Assembly (NCBI GenBank): GCA_963812605.1
Contig: CAWEWF010000001.1
Span: forward strand, 448,001-512,000
Source: an uncultured Verrucomicrobiae bacterium
Lineage (GTDB): Bacteria; Verrucomicrobiota; Verrucomicrobiia; Palsa-1439
DNA: 64,000 bases
Direction: 5' to 3'
Made by a program: the position numbers and the translations under genes. The first letter of the stretch is position 1; each line of letters begins with the position of its first letter. This document shows positions 9,159 through 18,887 of the stretch, piece after piece. The notes below the pieces were generated by a model. The model did not search any database. It was not told where the DNA came from and saw only the letters and a list, made by a program, of their open reading frames with translations.

Positions 9159-9764
9159 ATGAGCAAGGTCATTCGCGGGAAAGCTTTCGTTGTGCGGGAC
9201 AATATCGACACCGATCAGATCATCCCGGCCCAGTATCTGAACCTCGTGCCCACGATTCCCGAGGAATACGAGAAACTCGGCAGCTTCGCGCTCTGCGGGC
9301 TGCCGAAAGACCAGTACCCGACCCGTTTCATTCCCGAAGGCCAGACCCGGTCGCCCTACACCATTGTCATCGGCGGGCGCAATTTCGGGTGCGGCAGTTC
9401 GCGCGAGCACGCGCCGATTGCGCTGGGGGCGGCGGGCTGCGAGGCGGTGGTGGCGGAAAGTTTTGCGCGCATTTTTTTCCGCAACAGCGTGGCGACGGGC
9501 GAGCTTTACCCGGTGGAAGCGACGGCGCGGATTTGCGAGACGGTGAAAACGGGCGACGAGGTGGAACTGGACCTGGATGGGAACACGTTGAAGATCCTCG
9601 GGACCTCGAAGGTCCTCGCGACCAAGCCGCTGGGCGAAGCGCGGCCGGTGATCGATGCGGGCGGGCTCTTCGATTTCGCGCGCAAGAGCGGGATGATCCA
9701 CGCACAGGGCAACCACTCGAAAGCGACCGAAGAGTTGGCCGCGAAAGAGCCGGCCGACGATTAA
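9159..9764 (+). CDS. leuD: 3-isopropylmalate dehydratase small subunit (LeuD/HacB type)
   Basis: DNIDTDQIIPA, GRNFGCGSSREHAP, AESFARIFFRN. Confidence 0.92.
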   Translation: MSKVIRGKAFVVRDNIDTDQIIPAQYLNLVPTIPEEYEKLGSFALCGLPKDQYPTRFIPEGQTRSPYTIVIGGRNFGCGSSREHAPIALGAAGCEAVVAESFARIFFRNSVATGELYPVEATARICETVKTGDEVELDLDGNTLKILGTSKVLATKPLGEARPVIDAGGLFDFARKSGMIHAQGNHSKATEELAAKEPADD

Positions 9765-9782
9765 GAGGAGACGCACGCCACC

Positions 9783-11591
9783 TTGCGCGGCCTTACCTTG
9801 CTTTTTCTGGGCGCCTTCCTGGCCGCCACCTCGTTGTTCGCGGCGGAAGTGAAGCTGAAGGACGGCACCGCCTATCACGATGTGAAAATCCTGGAACGTA
9901 CCGACCAGTACGTCCGGATCACCGTGCCGTACGGAGAGATGAAGCTGCCTCTCGGCAAGGTGGAAAGCATCGACGGCAAGGCGGTCGTGGAAACCGCGCC
10001 CACCAGCGACAAGGCCCAACTGGCCAATGCGATTCCGCCTCCGCCGCCCCCGTATGTACATCGTTGGACGATGGATATTTTTCTGCTGGGAATGTGGTTG
10101 GTGATGATGACATGGATCATGGCGCTGCTCTGGGTTCAGCACGATGCTCGCGGGATGCCTGAGGAAATCAGGCGCGCCAATGCCAATGTGCTGCTGGTGC
10201 CATTCCTCGGCTTCCTGAAGTACTTGTTCATGCGCCGCCGCCATCGTGGCAACGATGAGGCGCCAGCGCAGTCGCTGGAGGGGCGCGTAGCCGGGGTGGG
10301 GATCGATGAGGTCCCGAAAAAGCGCGGACTCTTCGGTGGTCGCACCAAGAACGCCAGCAACCGGGGGGCCCGAAAGCAGCGTGTCGGGATCGAGTTTCTT
10401 GACGTGGGTGGCCAGATGATCGACATCCGCCAGGATCTGCCGGAGATGACCGGTATCGAGGCAGCCCGTGAGGTGTTGGCGGATGCGATCACGGAACGCG
10501 CCAGTGACATTCACCTGGAACCGCAGGGAGACGGGTGCCGCGTGCGCTTTCGCGTCGATGGCACGCTGCAGGAACGGATGACGTTTACCAAAGTAGATGG
10601 AACGCGGGTGGTGGCGGCGCTCAAGACGCTGGCGCAGATCGACGTAGCGGAGAAGCGCAGGGCCCAGGATGGCCGATTTCGCGTCCGAGCCGGGACCGAC
10701 CTGGTTGATTTCCGCGCGGCCACCGCCAACGGTATTCACGGTGAGAAATTGGTGTTGCGCATCCTCGACCGGAGGAGCGGGGTATTGGGCCTGACGGAGC
10801 TGGGCATGCCCCCGGAAATGCTGGAGCGGTTCGATCGCGTCATTCATTCGCGCAATGGCATCATCCTGGCGACGGGTCCCACGGGGGCGGGCAAGACCTC
10901 GACGCTGTACGCGGCCTTGAGCCGGCTGGACCGGAATGCGCTGAATATCATGAGCATTGAGGATCCGGTGGAGTACGAACTGGAGGGCACGACACAGATT
11001 CCCGTGAATGTGAAGGCGGGAGTCACCTACGAGGCGGGGCTGCGCTCGATTCTGCGGCAGGATCCCAATGTGATTTTTGTGGGCGAGATGCGCGACACGG
11101 AGGCGGCCACGATCGCGATCCGCGCGGCGTTGACCGGGCACCTGGTGTTCAGTTCCCTGCATTCCAAGGACGCCGTCGGAACCGTTATTCGGTTGGAAGA
11201 GATGGGCGTGGAACGTTACCAGATTTCTTCGGCGCTGCTGATGGTCGTGGCCCAGCGGCTGGTGCGCGTGCTCTGCAAGAAATGCCGCAAGGCGTATGCC
11301 GCGACGGGGACTGAATTGAGCGAGATCGGCATCCAGGTGGAGCCGGGCCGCCGTCTTTATAGCGCGATTGGATGCGGAGCGTGTGATAATACCGGCTACC
11401 GGGGGCGAACCGGTATTTTCGAGTTGCTGGTGATGGACGAGGAACTGCGCAAGGCAGTGAACGACGGGGCGAACGAACAAGTTATGTCAGAGATCGCCTC
11501 GCGAAAGGGCCTGCGGTCCTATCGCGAGGATGGCCTCGACAAAATCCTTAACGGCATTACGTCGGTGGAAGATGTGATCCAGGCGAGTTGA
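9783..11591 (+). CDS. GspE/PilB-family secretion ATPase with N-terminal signal peptide, exported domain and TM segments
   Basis: ASDIHLEP, Walker A GPTGAGKTST, IEDPVEY, LRQDPNVIFVGEMRD, TGHLVFSSLH, CKKC..CGAC; N-terminus MRGLTLLFLGAFLAATSLFA. Confidence 0.9.
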   Translation: MRGLTLLFLGAFLAATSLFAAEVKLKDGTAYHDVKILERTDQYVRITVPYGEMKLPLGKVESIDGKAVVETAPTSDKAQLANAIPPPPPPYVHRWTMDIFLLGMWLVMMTWIMALLWVQHDARGMPEEIRRANANVLLVPFLGFLKYLFMRRRHRGNDEAPAQSLEGRVAGVGIDEVPKKRGLFGGRTKNASNRGARKQRVGIEFLDVGGQMIDIRQDLPEMTGIEAAREVLADAITERASDIHLEPQGDGCRVRFRVDGTLQERMTFTKVDGTRVVAALKTLAQIDVAEKRRAQDGRFRVRAGTDLVDFRAATANGIHGEKLVLRILDRRSGVLGLTELGMPPEMLERFDRVIHSRNGIILATGPTGAGKTSTLYAALSRLDRNALNIMSIEDPVEYELEGTTQIPVNVKAGVTYEAGLRSILRQDPNVIFVGEMRDTEAATIAIRAALTGHLVFSSLHSKDAVGTVIRLEEMGVERYQISSALLMVVAQRLVRVLCKKCRKAYAATGTELSEIGIQVEPGRRLYSAIGCGACDNTGYRGRTGIFELLVMDEELRKAVNDGANEQVMSEIASRKGLRSYREDGLDKILNGITSVEDVIQAS

Positions 11592-12160
11592 CCATGGTCG
11601 AAGTCATCCTGAGCATTCTGGCAATTGTGCTGATCCTGTCCCTGGCGTGGGGCGGGGCGTGGTTCGGCGTATTTTATGAACTGTCGAGTTCGTTATTGCT
11701 GTTTTTCGCGATGATGGTGGCCCTGCGCTATTGGTATGAGTTGGCGAGCTGGATCGAGTCGGTGATGCCGGGGGCGGGCAGCTACGGCGCGTTCGGCGCG
11801 TACTGGGCGCTGTTTTTGGTGGGGTGCGCGCCGCTGATTGTCGTGCTCAAACGGGTCACGGATGAGGTGGCGCCGCGTTACCCGAGAACCATCGATAAGA
11901 CGTTGGGCTTTGTCTTTGGTTTTATCTCCGCCGCGATCCTGGTTTGCTGCGTGATGACCAGTCTTTCCGTCGTGGTTCCAACCGTTTGGGAACCATATAA
12001 CCACGAGGCCTTGCTGTTGCCACTCGACCAATTCCCGATTGCGGTCTACGAGTACGTTGAGGAGCAGGTGCTCGGCATTCCGAAGACCGACCCGGGTCAT
12101 ACGCGGTTTCCAACATTCGAAAAGGCGGACGCAAACAAGTTCCAGGACTACTGGCAATAA
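11588..12160 (+). CDS. CvpA-like (colicin V production family) membrane protein
   Basis: About four TM helices, IDKTLGFVFGFISA motif; overlaps the ATPase stop. Confidence 0.7.
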   Translation: MTMVEVILSILAIVLILSLAWGGAWFGVFYELSSSLLLFFAMMVALRYWYELASWIESVMPGAGSYGAFGAYWALFLVGCAPLIVVLKRVTDEVAPRYPRTIDKTLGFVFGFISAAILVCCVMTSLSVVVPTVWEPYNHEALLLPLDQFPIAVYEYVEEQVLGIPKTDPGHTRFPTFEKADANKFQDYWQ

Positions 12161-12171
12161 GTCACGGGTCG

Positions 12172-13350
12172 CTAGGCTTTGGTCAACCGGGAAAGCAAAT
12201 AGACCGCCACGAGCCCGGCGACAACCAGCACCCACCATTTTTCCTTGATCCAGTCGATGATGCCACTGAGCACGGGGGGCGCATCGGCGGTAATGGGTGT
12301 CGAGGGCGTGGAAACAGTGGGGGCCGTGGAGACCGTCGCCGTTCCGCCCTCGTTAATTCTGATTTTGAACGCAGCCGCTTGCGCCTGCAACGCGGTCGCC
12401 CGCTGCTGCACCTCGACCAACAGGCGCTGGAGTTCCACCACGCGGCTTTGCGCGGAACTGAGGTCGTTTTGCGCCCGGTTGAGCGCGTTTTGATTCTGGA
12501 AAACCTGCTGGGAATTTCCCCCCATGGCATGATAGGTGGCGCCGCCATTCACTTCCTGTATCGAGCCGAGTGGTGGGGCGCTGTTGAGTGACTGCTTGAT
12601 GGACGCATTGGCCTGGGTGATGGCCTGCTGCGCCTGGGTGACGCGCTGTTGAGCGGAAGAAATGTCGTTGGGCAATTGCTGCAATTGGCGATTGAGGACA
12701 TCCAAAGATTGCTGGTAAGCGGAGGCCAACAGCACTTTTGCCTGCGAGACAAGACCCGTCTGTTCGGACATCGAGAGGATCGGCCGAAGTTGCTGGATGG
12801 CCAGTTCGGGATTGCCCCGCGCCAATGTCGCGCGGCCTTGTTGGAGCCATTGCGTGCCGCGTTCGAGGTCGATCTCGGCGGCGGGCACCCAGCGGCTATG
12901 GTACTTCGCCTTGCCGGCGTTGACGATGTCGCGCTCGGCGATCCATTGCGCGGCGCGCTCGATGATATTGGACGTATACGGCGAGTCGGGATGATCGGTA
13001 AGAAACTTCCGAAAACCGTTGTTGATGACCTGATCGTAGTACTCGGTCGTGTAACTGGTGGTCGGGTTGAGTTGATACTTTTGCAGGTTCTCGTAGTCGC
13101 GGTCGAGCTGCCGCTGGGCCTTTTCCTCGGGCGTCCAGCGGGTAATCCTGGCGACGTCCGACTTGCTGATGTGGCGGGTTTGGGTGATCGTCCCGCCGGC
13201 GAATTCCAGCAGGATCGCAACCGTCGAATCGTCCTCGGCCACGATCTCGCCCTCCAGTTCGGTGCCGTCCTTGAGCTTGACGGTGTCGGCCCGAGCGCAA
13301 AACGCGGCCAGCAGACCGGCGGCCAGTATCAACCAGCAACAAGTCCGCAT
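12172..13350 (-). CDS. Exported coiled-coil protein with C-terminal TM anchor
   Basis: Signal peptide then DTVKLKDGTELEGEIV; Q/A-rich coiled coil; WWVLVVAGLVAVYLL tail. Confidence 0.8.
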   Translation of the reverse strand: MRTCCWLILAAGLLAAFCARADTVKLKDGTELEGEIVAEDDSTVAILLEFAGGTITQTRHISKSDVARITRWTPEEKAQRQLDRDYENLQKYQLNPTTSYTTEYYDQVINNGFRKFLTDHPDSPYTSNIIERAAQWIAERDIVNAGKAKYHSRWVPAAEIDLERGTQWLQQGRATLARGNPELAIQQLRPILSMSEQTGLVSQAKVLLASAYQQSLDVLNRQLQQLPNDISSAQQRVTQAQQAITQANASIKQSLNSAPPLGSIQEVNGGATYHAMGGNSQQVFQNQNALNRAQNDLSSAQSRVVELQRLLVEVQQRATALQAQAAAFKIRINEGGTATVSTAPTVSTPSTPITADAPPVLSGIIDWIKEKWWVLVVAGLVAVYLLSRLTKA

Positions 13351-13357
13351 GGACGTT

Positions 13358-13705
13358 TTATCGAGCGCGGCGAATTTGGATCGAGACATACTGACTGCGC
13401 GGGAGGCTGAATTTTTTTACCTCGACGGTCACCACGTGGGCCATCTGGCGGGTGAGGATCGTCTCGGCGATTTCATGGGCGACCGCCTCGACCAATTTCC
13501 GCGGCCGTTTCGCGATCACCTTGCGGATCAGGTCGGCGACAATATCGTAGCGGGTCGTGGAGGCTTCGGCGTCCCGGCGTCCGGCTTCGGTGAGGTCGCG
13601 TTCCATTTCCACCGTAACGAGCAGGCGCTGGGCCTGCGCGCGCTCGGATTCCGTCACGCCGATGTGCGCGTCCACTTCGAGGTCCTTGATGACGATCTTA
13701 TCCAT
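13358..13705 (-). CDS. folB: Dihydroneopterin aldolase
   Basis: MDKIVIKDLEV..HIGV..ER..QRL, Y..V, LVEAVA, VEVKK. Confidence 0.88.
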   Translation of the reverse strand: MDKIVIKDLEVDAHIGVTESERAQAQRLLVTVEMERDLTEAGRRDAEASTTRYDIVADLIRKVIAKRPRKLVEAVAHEIAETILTRQMAHVVTVEVKKFSLPRSQYVSIQIRRAR

Positions 13706-14339
13706 GCAGCGCCTCCTGCTCGATGAGGAATTGTTGCAATTCGCCGAGATCCTCGCAAATCAGGTCGGGTCCCATCGCACGCAGCTTTTCCGCGGGATTG
13801 TACCCGGTCAGCACCGCGCAGGTGTGGATGCCGCCGGCCTGGCCGGCCTCGATGTCATGCTCCATATCGCCGACAAACATCGTCTCGGCGCGGTCGAGTT
13901 GGTTCTCGTCCAGGATGCGGTGGATCGTCAACGTCTTGTCGACAATGCCGATGTAGGGCCGGGTGATGAAGGGCCCGATGCCGAAACGGGCCATCTGCGT
14001 TTCGTAGGTGTGTGCGTCGACGGTGCTGGCAACATATACGCCGATGTGTCGCTCCCGGCAAAAGCGCAGGAACTCCCGCGTGTGCGGCAGGACGGTGATG
14101 TCGGCGTGGTGGTTCGGATACTCCGCGAGAAAAATCTGTTCCAATTTCGCCTGTGGCACGTGGGGGACGCGCGGCTCGTAGAATTTTCGGATCGGCAGAC
14201 AAAATTCCGCGCGGAACTGCGGTAGGGACAGCGGCGGCAAGCCGCAAAACTCCAGCACGTGGTTCGTGGTCTTCACCACCGGCAACAAATCGTCAACCAG
14301 CGTGCCCGACCAATCGAGAATGACGTTGCGAATGATCAC
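13698..14339 (-). CDS. HAD-superfamily hydrolase (phosphoglycolate phosphatase-like)
   Basis: ILDWSGTLVD, FVGDMEHDIEAG, VLTGYN. Confidence 0.88.
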   Translation of the reverse strand: MIIRNVILDWSGTLVDDLLPVVKTTNHVLEFCGLPPLSLPQFRAEFCLPIRKFYEPRVPHVPQAKLEQIFLAEYPNHHADITVLPHTREFLRFCRERHIGVYVASTVDAHTYETQMARFGIGPFITRPYIGIVDKTLTIHRILDENQLDRAETMFVGDMEHDIEAGQAGGIHTCAVLTGYNPAEKLRAMGPDLICEDLGELQQFLIEQEALHG

Positions 14340-14418
14340 CCCACAAGGGTATCACAAAGGCCCCAGACGGCGGATAGGAAAAGACAGGACTTCCATCGGC
14401 CGTCGCTTGCCCATCCGC

Positions 14419-14748
14419 CTACGGTTTACGGCGCGGGCCGGTTGCGCGCTGGGCGAGGCGCTCGGTTTTGCGTTTGCGCAGGCGGCGTTCGATTTTTCCC
14501 TCGACCACATCGAGCGCGCTGATGACATCGGCGCTGGATTCCTGCGCGCTGAGTTCGGCGCCCGGTATCTCGACGAGAACACGGACGATGTATTGACGCG
14601 GCGAAGCGTGCGCGCTGATTTTCCGCAGATTCACGCGCGCCCGCACCGCGCGCGGGGCGTATTGTTCGACGCGGCCGATTTTTTCATCGACGGCATTTTT
14701 GATGGCTTCAGTGAGAGTGACCCCGTCGGCTTGGACCAGAATATCCAT
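14419..14748 (-). CDS. hpf: Ribosome hibernation promoting factor (RaiA/HPF)
   Basis: LTEAIKNAVDEKIGRV ... ALDVVEGKIERRLRKRK. Confidence 0.85.
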   Translation of the reverse strand: MDILVQADGVTLTEAIKNAVDEKIGRVEQYAPRAVRARVNLRKISAHASPRQYIVRVLVEIPGAELSAQESSADVISALDVVEGKIERRLRKRKTERLAQRATGPRRKP

Positions 14749-14840
14749 TCCCTGTCTCCCTTGCTTGGTGGTTGAATTTACTTACTGGAAACTTATCACG
14801 GAACCCCCAATAGACAACCGAGAGGACGCAGATTAATTCA

Positions 14841-15890
14841 TCAGTAGGGACTTTGCGTGTCCTCCGCCGGCGGCACTTTGCCCTCGTAATGCCGGTGGAT
14901 GAAGAAAAAATAGCCAATGGTCAATATCAGCGCGAGGGGCCACCAGACGAGCGCGATGGCCAGCCCGTGTCCCGTGGCTGCGCCTTCATACGCGGTGAGT
15001 GAATCTTTTGTAGCCAGCGTGGAGCGAAGCATCACGGGAAAAACGCCGGCGGCTCCCGCGATCATCAGGCCCGCCAGGAACGCGCAGGAACCCCTGACGG
15101 CGCGTTTTTCCCGGTGGCTTCGCAAGCCGGTGAATACAGCCAACAAGCCGCCAAGGACGCAAGCCACACCGAGCCAGGCAAATGGCTGACGCAGCATCCC
15201 GGGAAACAAATCCGGTCGCACGTAGCATGACTCCGCGGTAATCACCACCAGCAAGACGAGAACGGTTTTCCAGAGCGGCCCGGCGAGCTGTTTGCTCCGG
15301 GTGTGAACGGGGCCGTCCGTCTTCAACACGAGGGCTGCGGCGCCGTGGGCGGCGAGCGTGATGAGGGTGAAGACTGCGACCGAAACCGTGTACCAGTCCA
15401 GGATCCCGACATGACCGTGCACGCCGAAATTGGTGAAGAAGGACAGGGTGAACCGACCGTGCGCATCGAGCGGGACCCCGCGTACGACGTTGCCCAGTGC
15501 GGCGCCGATGAGAATGGCGAGCAGGACATTGGCGGCCACGAAACAGAAATGCCACCCGGTTCGCCAGAGCGGATCGTCGATGTGGCCACTTACTTCATGG
15601 GACACGCCTCGCAGCACCAGCGACCAGAGCAGGAGGAAAAATGCCAGGTAGAACCCCGCGAAGGCGGACGCAAGGACTGAGGGAAAAGCGACGAAGAGCG
15701 TGCCGCCAAAAGCGACGAGCCACACTTCGTGCATGCTCCAGAGCGGACCAATCGCGCGGATGACCAACCTTCGTTCCGCGTCCGTTTTGCCGACGATGTA
15801 TTGCAACATTCCCGCGCCGATGGCGAAGCCGTCGAGAATGATAAACATGACGAGCATGAACGACAGGATGGCGTACCAGGTTTCAATCAT
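14841..15890 (-). CDS. cydB: Cytochrome bd ubiquinol oxidase subunit II
   Basis: ILDGFAIGAG, IGPLWSMHEVWLV..GG.LF.AFP; ATG 15890 overlaps the cydA end. Confidence 0.94.
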   Translation of the reverse strand: MIETWYAILSFMLVMFIILDGFAIGAGMLQYIVGKTDAERRLVIRAIGPLWSMHEVWLVAFGGTLFVAFPSVLASAFAGFYLAFFLLLWSLVLRGVSHEVSGHIDDPLWRTGWHFCFVAANVLLAILIGAALGNVVRGVPLDAHGRFTLSFFTNFGVHGHVGILDWYTVSVAVFTLITLAAHGAAALVLKTDGPVHTRSKQLAGPLWKTVLVLLVVITAESCYVRPDLFPGMLRQPFAWLGVACVLGGLLAVFTGLRSHREKRAVRGSCAFLAGLMIAGAAGVFPVMLRSTLATKDSLTAYEGAATGHGLAIALVWWPLALILTIGYFFFIHRHYEGKVPPAEDTQSPY

Positions 15891-17229
15891 GAGCCACTTC
15901 CCGGTTGCCGGTACTGTGCGGGCCATGGAGGATTTCGCGTCCGACCATAAACAGATAGAGCACCCCGAGCACGAAGTAGAGACCGACGAAACCAATGAGG
16001 GTGAACAACACATCGCCTCCGCTGACCACTTCGCTGGCCCCCTGCGTGGTGCGGAAAAGACCGTACACGAGCCACGGCTGGCGACCAAGTTCCGCTGTCA
16101 TCCAGCCCGCCGTGGTGGCGATGAACGGGAACGGGAACGCGAGCATCAGCAGCCAGAGCAAGGCGGGAGTTTTCTCCAGCCGTCCGCGCCAGAGTTGAAC
16201 GCAGGCGCAGGCCATCAGCGCGATGAAGATCGTGCCGAGGCCCACCATGATATGGAAGGCGTAATAGAGCAGTTCGATATTGGTCGGCCAGGTGTCTTCG
16301 GGAAATTCATCCAGGCCGCGGACGTTTGCGTGAAAACTGCCGTAGGCCAAATAGCTGAGCGCGCCGGGGAGGCGGATCGGATTGTCGAGCCGACGCTCCT
16401 TCACGTTCGGTTGGCCGATCATGTTGATCTCGGCCATGGGTCCGCTGTGGAAACGGCCTTCCATCGCGGCGAGGGCCACGGGTTGGTACTGCGCCACTTT
16501 CTTGGCGTGCCTGTCGCCGGTGGGAAACGCCACGAGCAGGGACGACAGCAGGCCGACGATGGCGCCGGTCCTGAGAAAGAGCGAGGCTTGTTCCGGATGC
16601 CGGCCGCGCAGGGCGTAGAGCGCGCCGACGGCAGCCACCACGAACGATCCAGTCACGACGGCGGCGGTTTGGTTGTGGAGGAAGACGATCAGCGCCCAGG
16701 GGTTGAGCAGATACGCCTGGAGATCCGCAAGCCGCAAGGTGCCGTCCGCCGCCAGCGCATAGCCGACGGGATGCTGCATGAAGGCATTCGTCACGAGGAT
16801 GAAATATCCGGAAAGCCAACTGCCGATGGCGACGCCCAGAACGGCGAGAAAATGATTGCGCGGGCCCAGCCGTTTCTCGCCCCAGACCATGGCCCCGACC
16901 ATCGCGCTCTCGAGGAAGAACGCGAACATCCCTTCCATGGCGAGCGTTTGGCCGATGACGTTGCCGGAGTAGCGGGAGAAATTCGCCCAGTTGGTGCCGA
17001 ACTGGAATTCCATCGGGATGCCCGTGACCACGCCGACGGTGAAATTGATGCCGAAGATGCGCGCCCAGAACCGCACGGCGTTTCCGTAGCGCTCGTCGCC
17101 GGTGCGGAGATGGCGCCACTTCCAGTAGACGAGGATCCACGCCAGGCCCATCGTGAGTTGCGGAAAAAGATAATGATAGGTGATGGTGAAGGCGAACTGC
17201 AGTCGATGCCAAAGCAGGGCGTCGTCCAT
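15883..17229 (-). CDS. cydA: Cytochrome bd ubiquinol oxidase subunit I
   Basis: RLQFAFTITYHYLFP, GVVTGIPMEFQFGTNW, QPVALAAMEG, AELGRQPWLVYG. Confidence 0.96.
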   Translation of the reverse strand: MDDALLWHRLQFAFTITYHYLFPQLTMGLAWILVYWKWRHLRTGDERYGNAVRFWARIFGINFTVGVVTGIPMEFQFGTNWANFSRYSGNVIGQTLAMEGMFAFFLESAMVGAMVWGEKRLGPRNHFLAVLGVAIGSWLSGYFILVTNAFMQHPVGYALAADGTLRLADLQAYLLNPWALIVFLHNQTAAVVTGSFVVAAVGALYALRGRHPEQASLFLRTGAIVGLLSSLLVAFPTGDRHAKKVAQYQPVALAAMEGRFHSGPMAEINMIGQPNVKERRLDNPIRLPGALSYLAYGSFHANVRGLDEFPEDTWPTNIELLYYAFHIMVGLGTIFIALMACACVQLWRGRLEKTPALLWLLMLAFPFPFIATTAGWMTAELGRQPWLVYGLFRTTQGASEVVSGGDVLFTLIGFVGLYFVLGVLYLFMVGREILHGPHSTGNREVAHD

Positions 17230-17532
17230 AAATATCTCGCCCTACCACAGCGGCGAGGACAAGTGATGAAACATGACGGTCAGCGCAAGTGGAAGGCGCG
17301 ACCGGATCGACAGGCTCATGTCGACGATGCTAATCCCCCGCGCGGGGTGAATGCCAGAAGTTCTTGCCGCTCCCGGCGGGAAATGCAATCTCGACGCGGG
17401 GTTTGGTGGTGGATTGATTTGGGCGCGTAAGCGTCGCCGCTCGCGCGATTTATCGGTGGGGGCATGTACGTGTGGCGAGACGCTGGTTATTGATTCGTTC
17501 CAGCCGTGGAACTGATGTGACTTCCCGGTCGA

Positions 17533-18531
17533 CTACACGTTACCGGGATAAACGTAATGCTCCGGCAGCGTGAAACGCTCGCCGTGCATGAGTCCTGAAA
17601 CGCGAACATCACGCCCCAACAAACTCTCGATCTGCGCGACTTGCTTTTCGACGAACTCGAAAGACAGGAACTCGCAACGCGGTAACAACTGCTGAAATGA
17701 CGGACGAATCAGTTGGTTAAACAGCTTTTGCCGACGGGCGCTGCTAGTCACTACATATAGATCAATCTGGTTATATGGCTGCGAAACGACCAAGTCATTC
17801 ATCCTGAGCAATCCGCTGTAGATCGTGGTTGACGATTCGACCTCAAACGCTTTGCGGACGACGTTTTTGTTAAGCCATAGCACGTCAATGTTCTGCACAA
17901 TGCGTCGTGTATTGTCGTCAAACCCAAAATTTGGCAGTCTCGGCACAGTGTAATCAACCAAAGACTCGTTCCGGTATAAACGATTGCGATCATTCGCCGG
18001 CACCCAAACGGAGCAGCCTTCTGCGTGCCCTAGTTTGGCCAAAGCTAACTGCATCTTCAGATGAACGCGTTCAGTCTGTTGGGGTTCACTCACCGTCTCT
18101 TCCGGCACCGGTTCGATTGGCCCCGGCTTTGGGAAGGCGTTCAAATATTTCGTGACGTCAAGTCTCGAATGATTCGCGGTTTTCAGGAAGAACTCACCAT
18201 CCCTCAAGTAAACATCCACCCGACGTGTGGGAACATCCTGTAGCACTTGGAAAATCAATTGGCGCGGCAAAACCAGCACCTTGTTGGCAGAACCGCAGAC
18301 AAGCAGAACGAAATCGCCATGCAAAGTTTTTGGGTAGGCGAAAGTCTCTTTAATCACCTCGCGCGGTATCGCGTAAAAGAACCGATTTCCTTTAAGCAAC
18401 TTTGAATAGTTTGTCGAGCAGGTCAGGGAGTTGCCGAATTTCAGGAGGCGAGCACGACCAACCCGGTCTTGCTTACCGTACCGGCTCTCCAACGTGCCGA
18501 GCACCTCATTTATGACGGCAGGCTCGTTCAT
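17533..18531 (-). CDS. Restriction-endonuclease-like (PD-(D/E)XK) protein
   Basis: C-terminal IDVLWL...AFEVESSTTIYSGLLRMNDL; AT-richer than flanks. Confidence 0.65.
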   Translation of the reverse strand: MNEPAVINEVLGTLESRYGKQDRVGRARLLKFGNSLTCSTNYSKLLKGNRFFYAIPREVIKETFAYPKTLHGDFVLLVCGSANKVLVLPRQLIFQVLQDVPTRRVDVYLRDGEFFLKTANHSRLDVTKYLNAFPKPGPIEPVPEETVSEPQQTERVHLKMQLALAKLGHAEGCSVWVPANDRNRLYRNESLVDYTVPRLPNFGFDDNTRRIVQNIDVLWLNKNVVRKAFEVESSTTIYSGLLRMNDLVVSQPYNQIDLYVVTSSARRQKLFNQLIRPSFQQLLPRCEFLSFEFVEKQVAQIESLLGRDVRVSGLMHGERFTLPEHYVYPGNV

Positions 18532-18839
18532 CAGCCCAACACCGCTGACGGTTCCACGGATTCTTCGACGATCTGCATTGCGGCATTAATGGCGGCCTGT
18601 TCGCGTCTGAATTTCCTCGTGTTCTTGATGTTGAACTCCAGTGGGTAATTGCCTTCCACAACGCTGGCCGTCGCTCCGCCAAAACCGTCTGCCTCGACGA
18701 CAACCAACTCCTCGCAACCGTCATCAAGTAATGCTTGGTAAAGCACAGCGTTGGGCGCGTTGATTTTCAGCTTGTCCCGCATGCGGTCGAGTCGCGATTG
18801 AAGCTGCTTCAGCCTGACGACACTATTGTTTGTTTTCAT
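18531..18839 (-). CDS. Hypothetical protein
   Basis: 102-aa ATG ORF; stop overlaps the start of the nuclease-like gene (TGATG). Confidence 0.65.
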   Translation of the reverse strand: MKTNNSVVRLKQLQSRLDRMRDKLKINAPNAVLYQALLDDGCEELVVVEADGFGGATASVVEGNYPLEFNIKNTRKFRREQAAINAAMQIVEESVEPSAVLG

Positions 18840-18887
18840 GGCTTTACGGCATCCTACAACATCTAGCGTGTTTTTGACTAGTAATCA

